Source: Eledone cirrhosa (Eukaryota). Taken from it: a stretch of 64,000 nt of DNA. The stretch covers positions 28,961 through 92,960 of the forward strand of contig CAXHJY010001122.1 of assembly GCA_964016885.1 (NCBI GenBank), given 5' to 3'. The notes under the pieces were generated by a model that saw only the letters and a program-made list of their open reading frames with translations, searched no databases and was not told where the DNA came from. Position 1 is the first letter of the stretch, and each line of letters opens with the position of its first letter. Position numbers and translations under genes: made by a program. Positions 52,003 to 64,000 of this stretch are shown here, piece by piece.

Positions 52003-52392
52003 ATCTTTGAACAGAAATACAAAGGCCAGGACACCATACCAAATATGTGGTGATATTTGTGTTGTGTTTTCTTGGGTTGTTAATCTGCATAATTTCATGT
52101 GTGGTGGTAATAGCCGGTCACTGGTATGTAATTTCTTGTATAAATACAATTGTTATAAGTAACTGGTGAATTGGAATGTGTCTGATGTTTTGTTTTAGAG
52201 TCAATAAAATTGTTTGTTTTTTTTAATGTTTGTACATTGTGTATGTCTTTACGCTGACCACGTATGAAAATATTAAATGTACTAATTGCAGTCTTTTGAC
52301 TGATTATTGCCTCATAATTTGACCAGGACATTTTTTAATTTCTCATTAACTTGACACCAACATATTCATTTTTCGTGTTCGATAGGCTAAAA

Positions 52393-52693
52393 CAAAGGTG
52401 TGCAACATATTCCATTGGCGGGCCAGTTTTGAACATTGGAACAACTATTAGGGCCATTAATATTTATTAAGCACTATTCCAAAGATTCACCATAACTTCT
52501 CTCCATAACATGGAACTGGAAAATTATAACCCTATCAGTGAAGCCCTTTCAACTAATAGAAAATTGTATTACGGTTACGAAACAAATTCTAAATAATCCT
52601 ACAAGGTCAAAATTAAAAACAGTTATCGCAGGCCACTCTGACTGGTCTGGCGGGCTGGATTGTGGCCCGCAGGCCGCCTGTTGCACGTGCCTG
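52393..52693. mobile_element. Non-autonomous hAT (Buster/Charlie-like) MITE
   Basis: Perfect 8-bp TSD ggctaaaa at 52385-52392 and 52694-52701, with a central TA. Imperfect TIRs caaaggtgtgcaac / gttgcacgtgcctg. Subterminal gcgggcc and ggcccgc motifs. Confidence 0.85.
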
Positions 52694-54761
52694 GGCTAAA
52701 ACAAGCTTTGCCTCGATGTTATTTGAGTACAGATACATCGGGCATAAACATGGAAACTGTGGAGTATGTCATTTGTTCCTCTATATTGTGCATTTCATTT
52801 ACATTTCATATTAGTATTTTATTGTTTTTTTGAGAAAATATTTTGATTAGCTAATTACATTTTATTATACGATTGCATCAAGAACAAAATGACGTGAGTC
52901 GAATGGATATTTATCGAAATAATGTATAATTTAATAAAATATGAAGTCTTATATAGTTAGGACATCTCTACCAGTCACCTGATATAGTTGTGAATACAAT
53001 GAACACAACGGTACAGTCCTATATATATGGAGAGAGAGACAAGTAAGCCGTAAGATGACAACTTCGTTAGATTAAATTCTTGGTTTTAACAGATAGCATA
53101 TTTGATTGTATAATAAAAACCATCAGTTGTTTTTAAAAGATTGTTGATATTCCTAGATTTGACAGAGGTCCAAACAATGTAATGGGGATTTAATTGATTA
53201 AAACTAACGCAGGATAAACAGATAATTTGAAGAATACAGTTCAAAACTGTAAAATTGATCCTATTATTCATCGTTTCTGTCATGAACAATGTGAGTGATT
53301 CCTAACTTAAGAAGAGGGACTCAAATTTTAGGGAGAGATAGATGTAAATACATCGAGGCCATTAGTTATAGAAAGTTTATCAGGAACGGAAGAATGGAAA
53401 CCATATTTCCTCTGAATGAGATATGAATTCTGTGTTAAATGACAAAACGCATTACAAAATGTCATTAAGAACAGCGCGCTACTGACTCTACTAACCAACA
53501 CCTTTCGGAAATTCAATACTAGCATTGTTATAAAGAAACCAAATGTAATATCCTATATTTTTCACTACTCCATTAATCCAAGTTCAAATCTATCTGGAGA
53601 TAATTTCCTGTTTCATAACTGTATAATTTACTGGAGTTAGGGGTCTATTAATTTTATCCCTCTTCTGTTGTTGTTTCAGCTCATGTCAGTCAAAACTGAG
53701 TAAACCTATGATCAAAAGCTTTCCAGTCAAGATCATACTGCCATGGAGGGGTGTTGCGGATAACATTATCCAAAGTGATTTTGACTGCTTTCTTTAGCAG
53801 GCCGAGCGGTCATAAAGTTAGTTTCTCAACCTCACTTTTTTAATAAATATGTCAACCATTCAAATAACTTTCTAACAAATAGATTCGCAGAACCAATTAG
53901 ATGTAGCCAGTTCTCAGACATTTGCATCTGTCAGGTTTTGACTGATACAGGACACTCAAATACCTTTAGTTCATGCATTATCCTTATTCAATAGGCATGT
54001 TAATTGATATTATCTCAATAACTATATATTTCCCAAACCCAGTTAAAATAAAAATACGGGATAACACTCAATCTGATGAAGTCTAAGACAAGTATCATAA
54101 AATATATTATCCAGAAATCTAATTTTTTAAACAGTTACCAATTTGCGTCAGCACTGATATATGGACCTAAGGCATATTGCATATAAGAAATATGACTTAA
54201 ATGGCCTCGATAATATAAACTGTCATGACATATGTATTGAGAAAGCGAACCGATTCGCAATACAAGACTGTTACTTATCCTATCGACTAATCAGTAGAGG
54301 TGAAAATCACATTCGTATCAGAACATAAATGAGTGAAAATAAATGACACAAGGATATAGTTTATATTGGTTAAAATAATGATCTTACCTCGGTTAATTGT
54401 TTCAATTATATAATAATGGAGGAATTAGATTGTTCGATGAGAATATCTCTCTGGAAATTATTAGTGATACGAGAAGTAGTCTTTGATGAGAAATAAATAA
54501 TGTTATTTAATAATTTTTAAATTTCTTTGTGCTGTAATAAGATTAATTTGTAATTTAACTGTAACATGTTGTTTTGTCTTAACTTCAAAAACATAGTTCT
54601 CTACATTCTCACTTTTACCACCCACTTGTTCAAAATATAGCTACTCTCACAGAAACCAGGTGCTATGATTGTATTAACATGTGTAGGCGATAGAGTAAAC
54701 ATGATACGCTGTAATCAGGATACATACTAAATTGTAATGAAATATTTACAACCACTTGCAG

Positions 54762-55071
54762 GAAGAAAAGTCGAGCAAATAAAAACGGAAGAAAAAACAG
54801 CGGAAAGGACAGGAACAAGACAAAGGAAAAGACAAAGAAAAAGACAAATAAAAGACAGAGGAAAAGTCAGGGAACAGACAGCGGAAAAGACATAGGAAAA
54901 GACAGGAAAACGACAGAGGACAAAACAGAGGATAAGACAAAAGAAGAAACAGCGGAAGAGAGACAGGAAGAAATAGAGAAAGAATCAGAGGCAGTGACAA
55001 TGGAAGAAACAGAGGAAGAGGAAGAATCAGAGGAAAGGTAGATCACCTAAAAGACATTTCTGAAGATACCG
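54762..55071 (+). pseudogene. Candidate E/K/T-rich repetitive pseudo-exon (paralog at 60030-60116)
   Basis: Bounded by ttgcAG and GTGAGT in both copies. ~12-nt repeats acagaggaaaag. Stops and frameshifts are present. Confidence 0.35.
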
Positions 55072-55828
55072 GTGAGTTGATTGTTTTACTAACTCTTCAA
55101 TGTCTATACTTAGTTTGGTAAAACTATAATATTCTCGAAAACCAAAGATATTTTTTATTACAGTCTCTGTTATGTGACATTTACACATATATGATTTCCC
55201 TAAATGTCATGAATTTACGTAGATAAGACCTGTAGATGATAAGGATATCCACCGAGTGAATTCCAGAGGAATCTTTATTCTGGAGGAAACGGACTGTATG
55301 TTGTGATTTATGTGGACACTATGGTGGAGGACGACACGCATTTTCTTTTAAAAATCCTCTAAATTTGTGTTCTGTGGCGTGTTATTGCTAGACTTATATC
55401 AAGTCGTCAATACATATGGAAGATCAGCAATGAACGGAAATTTTAACTTACATGAGGAAACCGGAATTTCGTAGTGAACTGTCTGAAGTATAAATTTAAA
55501 TAAACACACACACACACATATTCATATATATATGATGAGTTTATAAGAGCCCGCTTGTGTATAAAACTATGGATTATATACAAGTGTCTACATAACCTGA
55601 AAATTATTTATCCCAAATTGTAGAAATCTTATAACGAAACGGCCGTCTGGAAGAAATGAGATATTTATTTAATAATGTTTCATATAAAATAATACAACCA
55701 ATTATCCACGAAATACTGATTAGTTAGCACCCCAAACTCTAAATTGGGATAATACTTAAGTATATCCTAATGTTTGTTGAGTGAGATGGAGTTGGTCGGG
55801 TATCGCTTAAGGCTTTCTCTGTTTATGT

Positions 55829-55880
<52 letters not shown>

Positions 55881-55883
<3 letters not shown>

Positions 55884-56251
55884 GATATTAACAAATGGAA
55901 ACTATATTTATAAAACCATATTTATTTCATTATACATATTTCAAGGACACCAAGTTAAATTATGGTGTGCTTTCATCAGATAAAATATAATATAGAGCAG
56001 TTTTATAAATAAATATTGACATACCCTTAAATAATGCAACCATTACTGTTGGAAGCTCCGGGATACTATCCGGGAGCTTCCAACAGTAATGGTTGCATTA
56101 TTTAAGGGTATGTCAATATTTATTTATAAAACTGCTCTATATTATATTTTATCTGATGAAAGCACACCATAATTTAACTTGGTGTCCTTGAAATATGTGT
56201 AATGAAATAAATATGGTTTTATAAATATAGTTTCCATTTGTTAATATCGTA
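55881..56251. repeat. 371-bp near-perfect palindrome (185-bp arms, centre 56066); partial third arm at 56352-56447
   Basis: The arms are reverse complements with very few mismatches. The whole unit is flanked by (TA)n. Confidence 0.95.
56145..56209 (+). ncRNA. Minimal type I hammerhead ribozyme motif (mirror copy on minus strand ~55923-55987)
   Basis: Stem I tattttat/atgaaata; CTGATGA at 56153-56159; stem II aag-c-acacca / tggtgt-c-ctt; GAAA at 56190-56193; 6-nt stem III; UH cleavage site at 56200-56201. Confidence 0.7.
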
Positions 56252-56444
56252 TTTTTACTCCAATTATTTGTTGAGTGCTTTATATCAGTTATAAAAATAT
56301 TTGCTTGTTGTATCCCAACAATTTAAATAGAACTTTTACATATATATATATATGAAAGCATACCATGATTTAACATGGTATCCTTGAAATATATATAATA
56401 AAATAGATATGGTTTTATAAATATAGTTTCCATTTGTTAATATC

Positions 56445-56487
<43 letters not shown>

Positions 56488-59402
56488 TTTACATATACAC
56501 CAATTAAACAAAGTCACAGATATATATGTGTTTTAGCAACTATTCACGATGTGGCTCAATGAAGAATTAATAAATTAAATAATCAGAGCAAAATACTATA
56601 AAGTAAAGCAAGTCCATAGAATTATTTGATGATATTTAGTGATTTGATCCTGGTATGTATATAAACATTTCTAACTTTAATTTTATACCTAATTGTGTAT
56701 GGTTGACCGTATATTTGATTAATTTCCACGTGCTGTTGAAATGTTGGGTAGACATTTTGTAGCGGTTGGCCGCGAAGACGCTGCTATGGTATATTTGTTT
56801 ACTGTTTCTTCGTAGGTGCCTTTTAATCTTATAGCCTGGTCTAATTGATTTTTTGTGTGGTTAATTATGCTAATTGGGAGAAGAAATGATGTATATATAT
56901 TATCAAATAATTCTATGAACTTGCTTTACTTTATAATATATATATATATAGTTGTTATATAGTAAGGTGTATTATTGGTTGTGTCATACGGTCCAATAAA
57001 CTTTTATTAGCAATATTAAGTTCTCCCCGACACATGTTTCAATAAGAGATAGATCGATCGTGTGGCCATGATCGATTATCACTGAACTCGTCAGGTGAAA
57101 ATGTATTGTCTTCAAATCCTTGATATGAGGGAGAAAATTTAACGATGTGCACTCAATAGAGTTTTGTCCCCCATATGAAGATTAAGTAGCCAAAACACGC
57201 CGACTGCTATCGTCTTCAGTTAGAGTCATAAAACTATCAAGTCTCTATCTCTCAATAGCTGTAAAAGACGCTGGATGGGTCTAATCTCAACATCAAATCT
57301 GTAGAATTACAGTCGGTCACATTTAGTGTGAGTGAGTACACACCGACGCGAGGTCACAGAAAAACTATATATATACCAACATAGTATTCACCGAAAAGTT
57401 AGGTTACAAAACAACGAATGTTATATTGGTCAAATCTCAATGTGACGATGTAAATTGGAAAAATTGGGTCAACCGCAATCCTGTACACACGCAATTAAAT
57501 TCGATTCAATGTTCTGCTATACGTGTATCGATTGAATTGTAACATCCGTATCTTCTAAATAGTGTATGTTTTGGTATATACACATCCATGTGAAGAGCAA
57601 GTAGTCAGCTCATATCGAACTCTGTATGTGCCGTTGTCCCATTGAGAATCTGAGTCCCCAAATCTGTGCGTGCAAGCAACCGCCATGTAGGCCATCAAGG
57701 GGCTCTGTGTAGGGTTGGGTATTTGAGTTAAGGTGTCAGTATGTACGTTTTCCCGTCATATGGGCCCTTGGGCTTTTCAGATAGGTATTTGAGTGGTGGA
57801 GGTGTGTTACCCAACACAAAAATAAAAATAATAATAAAATAAAATAAAATAAAATAAAAAAGAATAGCAAAACCCCGAGGATGTGTGTAAGTTCATTAAT
57901 GGTGTGTATGTAGTATTGTCCAATCAGTAACCGTGAGCATCCATGGATAGATGATCACGGATCAAAACCTAGTGTAGTGTTCAATTGATAGGATCGTGAC
58001 CAGTCATAACTGTGGGAACTCCGTGTCTAAAGAAACCGGGTACTGTGTGTAGAGTTATGTATAAAGAGCGTAATCGGTCTTAACTGAGTGTGTAATACGT
58101 CTAACTATTTACTAACCGAGAGAACTCAATGGTTAGGGTATTCTAAAGTAATGGTGAAAGCGCGTAATCGGTCTTAAGTGAGTGTGTAATCATTCTAACT
58201 ATTTACTAACTAGGTATTCTAAAGTAGAAGTAAATGTGCACTCAGCTGTGAGGACTCTGTGGAAACAAACCGAGTACCGTTTGTAAGTCCGCAAACGATC
58301 TTAGCTGTCTACTACCTGAGTGTGTGATTGTCTGTTTTGTTGCTAATTGAGAGAACTCTATGGCTAAGGTAAAAAGGGAGGAGTTAGTGGTAGGTTACTT
58401 TTCAAAAATCATGCCGATGGTTTTCGAGGTTCTATGTTGGCAGTTGCTGAAAAATTCCGCTCTCCTATTGTGTGAGTGTGTGTGTAATAATCTATATTTT
58501 TTCACTACTCCATTAATCCAAGTTCAAATCCTACTGAAGATAATTTCCTGTTTCATAACTGTATAATTTACTGGAGTTAGGTATCTATTGATTTTATCCC
58601 TCTTCTGTTGGTATTTGAGCTCATGTCAGTCACAACTGAGTAAACCTATGATCAAAAGCATTCCAGTCAAGATCATACTGCCATGGAGGGGTGTTGCGGA
58701 ATAACATTATCCAAAGTGATTTTGACTATAAGTTTGACTACATAATTCAGTCATAATAATTATTTTTCAAAACGTCCAAAGGAGCTAATGTAATGTTGTG
58801 AAAATAAATATAATCATGAAAGTAAAAAATCTAATATAGATGGAAGTATTATCAATTAGGCACTCAAGACACATCATCTAAAGCACCACATAGTTGAATA
58901 GAGGAGACAAAGTCATATACCATCAAGAGTACAAATCATCCATCTTAGCATGGAATTTTAAAAATTAATCCTTAATAAATAAAAGACGGTTAAAACAAAA
59001 TGAAAATAAAGGTGAGGTAATTCATGTAAGACATTCTATATATTAGAGAGTTACTATATATTTAGTCAGAAAATGTAGAAAAATTTAGTATGTAAAGATA
59101 CATGGGAATCGAATTTTTAAAAAAATTGTTTTCAGGTCTAATTACAAAACTAAATAACTTTACAAGAATAATACCTTTACATATTACAGAGAAATTATCT
59201 ATATATACTAAAAGTGGTATACATTATTTAATTAAAAAAATTATGTATATTTAAGATGTTAAATATACATATATTATAGGATAAAGAATTATATAAGTTA
59301 ATTATACTAGTATTCAATAGTTAATATTAAATAAAAATATTGGGTGAGGCAATGGTTGTTATATATATTATTAGCCAAAAATTAATATAAGTAAGGCTTG
59401 TG

Positions 59403-59443
<41 letters not shown>

Positions 59444-60254
59444 TAGTACATGAATGTTACTTATTCTATCGACTCATCAGTAGCGGTGAAAATCACACTC
59501 GCATGAATATGTAAAGGTGAAACGACACAACATTTTTGATATTGCTTAAAATAATGATTTTACCTTGGTTAATTGTTTCAATTATATAAGAATGGAGAAG
59601 TTAGATTGTTCGATGAAAATATCCAACTGGAAATGATTAGTGATACAAGAATTCTATAAGAAATAAATAACATGTGTAGATATGGCTGGCTATGCAATTG
59701 TGATTAATTCGTAATTTCCTCGTCAATTATTTTTATTTTGTTAAGAGCAAATTTAATTATAATTTCTAAATTTCCATTTGCTGTATTAAAATTTATAATT
59801 ATATTTAACTTTATTGTAACTTTATAATATACCATGTGTCGTTTGGTCTTAACCTGACAACCATATAATACTCTATACTACATACCACCCACTTGTTCAA
59901 AATAATAGCTAATCACACAGAAACGAGGTGCCATGATTGTATTAACATATGTAGGCGATAGAGTAAACATGATACGTTGTAATTAGGATACATACTAAAT
60001 TGTAATGAAATATTTACATCCACTTGCAGCAAGAAAGGTCGAGCAAATAAAAACTGAGGATGAAACTCTGGAAAGAAGGGAAAGTAAACCAACTGAAGAC
60101 ATTTCTTAAGATACGGGTGAGTTGATTGTTTTACTAACTCTTCAATGTCTATACATATTTTAGTAAAACTATAATATTCTCTAAAACTAAAGAAATATTT
60201 TATTACAGTCTCTGTTATGTGCATTTTTTACATTTGATATATATATATATATAG

Positions 60255-61160
<906 letters not shown>

Positions 61161-61756
61161 TAAAACAGAAAACAAAAACAATAGCGAAGAGTGCAGTACA
61201 AAGTGTTAGTATTAGGTTCACGCTTGAGAGTGGGGTATATATATATCTAAATAAATAAAACGGGGGACTGTGTGGTTGCAACCACACAGCCCGCCGTTTT
61301 ATTCATATCATTTTCCATATCTGATGTGACCCGTCTTTTCTCTTTCCTTGTTGCTATCAACTCTCCCCCTTCTCTCTCTTTCTCCCTCTTACTTTCCTTC
61401 ACTCCCTCTCTGCTAGTCACCCTCTCTGTGCTAGCTCACTTCCTCCCTCGTCCGCCACTGAAAGCAGTCTCTTTTCTCGCTCACACTGCTACAGTCAAGA
61501 CGTGTCTGTTCATTCTCGTCACACTTGTCAGGACTTATGTCCGAAAAAAGTTTGTTGACTTGATATTTTTCCTCTATTTACGTTGCTTTATTTTTCGTGT
61601 CTGTTTACGTAATTTTGTCTCTCTCTCCCCCTTTTTATCCCAATAACTTATTTTAGTTATTGATCGCACTAGGTTGAGATATCTTGTCTCTAACGCGAAG
61701 AAATATCGATGATTCCTAGCAGACAACTGATGATGTATAATACCTTCTTTCGCCCA

Positions 61757-61791
<35 letters not shown>

Positions 61792-61854
61792 AAAGCAAGT
61801 ATTGCACCAAGAAAAATATAGACTTTGGTGAGAAAGGAGAGTAAGAATTTATTG

Positions 61855-62767
61855 GCTGTAACATATGTTTCTGTGTCTATTCTAATAGTCAAAATATGCT
61901 GACTACAATAAATATTGTCCAATTGTATATAATACTTAATTACTTATCACACGTCTTCAGAGAGCTTAAAATTGTTTGCGGTAATGTCGTCAGCATATCG
62001 CAGAATGTTCAAATTAAAACTGGTATTTACGTTTAAGAAAATAAAATAGGAGAAGAATAAATCGAATGACAATAAAAGAAAATTGAAATAGCAACCGAAA
62101 ATCACCTTCTAAATTCCCGGCATTATAAGATATTTAATTGCAAGCATAAGGTTCGAAAAAACCTTCACCTTGGATTTGAATAAGCTTTGATCACTAATTC
62201 CTATAATTTGCTACATCCTATCTAGTACGTTTAACCTGTGACAATTGAACCTTTCACACCACACCCAAAGAATTCAGTTGTCTTCAAAACATTCTTAATT
62301 CGTTCACTTCCTTCTCTATACTATACTATTCTTAACGTTCACCATTTCCTTATCTGTCCTTCTCTCCCCCCCCCCCCTCTCTGGTCTCTTGACCATACAT
62401 GGCAAACAGTGAAACCTTCAGCCATATCAATTGTCAAAGGAAAAATTGTTCCATATCACAACACATAGAATGATAGTGTGAAACTCTTTAACTTCATCTC
62501 CTCTCTTCCTAACATTCTTTACTTATCACTTTAACTTGCCGTATTTTATTTTATTTTATTGTCATTTGATTTATTTATTCTTCTCCTATTTTATTTTCTT
62601 AAACGTAAATACCATTTTTAAATTGAACATCTCATTCCTGAATTCTACGGCATGCTGGAAAGACACTACCAAACAGAATTACCAAACCGAATGTTAAGCT
62701 CTCTGAAGACGTGTGATGAATAATTAAGTATTACATATGATTGAACAATACATATTGTAGTCAGCAT

Positions 62768-62769
<2 letters not shown>
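61855..62769. mobile_element. Penelope-like remnant with inverted terminal segments
   Basis: 61893-61970 is inverted relative to 62694-62769. The minus strand has gctct-CTGAAGA...GAAAcatatgtt. Confidence 0.5.
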
Positions 62770-63942
<1,173 letters not shown>

Positions 63943-64000
63943 TTCAGATTAGTAAACAATAAGTATGAAGATGTTTTTTTTCCTCATAATTATTTCAAAA

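Larger units (their letters stand above)
53553..60225 (+). repeat. Diverged tandem duplication with ~5 kb period
   Basis: Colinear blocks: 53553-53786 with 58492-58727; 54270-54786 with 59456-60055; 55052-55180 with 60097-60225. Confidence 0.85.

Noticed and set aside
54074-54095. CTGATGA-agtctaagac as a hammerhead
   Set aside because: No GAAA follows and there is no stem I or stem III.
54385-54460. Minus-strand AG...GTAA-bounded 63-nt segment conserved in both duplicated units
   Set aside because: Stops occur in all three frames, so it cannot be supported as a coding exon.
58066-58210. ~50-bp direct repeat pair
   Set aside because: A local duplication with no further structure visible.

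Overview
AT-rich animal genomic DNA, probably a cephalopod such as Octopus (inferred from the SINE, RTE, R4/Dong and Penelope repeat landscape). I found no intact host gene. 0.8-10.2 kb holds two decayed RTE LINEs, a long-TIR foldback element, an R4/Dong fragment and tRNA-derived SINEs. 10.2-47.9 kb is an almost continuous cluster of about 13 Tx1/L1-clade non-LTR retrotransposon copies in two lineages. Lineage A (10.2-26.9 kb) is joined to (ATT)n tracts and SINE pieces and includes a mirror-symmetric ~10 kb block. Lineage B (27.6-47.9 kb) is a head-to-tail array of seven co-oriented copies separated only by (GATA)n, which is the strongest candidate for an undescribed system: a (GATA)n-targeting, array-forming Tx1 family. 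Many copies carry a splice-donor motif at the end of ORF1 and an acceptor-like motif at the ORF2 stop. 48-64 kb holds a third RTE, a Helitron helicase remnant, a hAT MITE with a perfect 8-bp TSD, a ~5 kb tandem duplication with a pseudo-exon, Penelope-like remnants, and long palindromes, one carrying hammerhead ribozyme motifs. All calls were made by eye and element boundaries are approximate.
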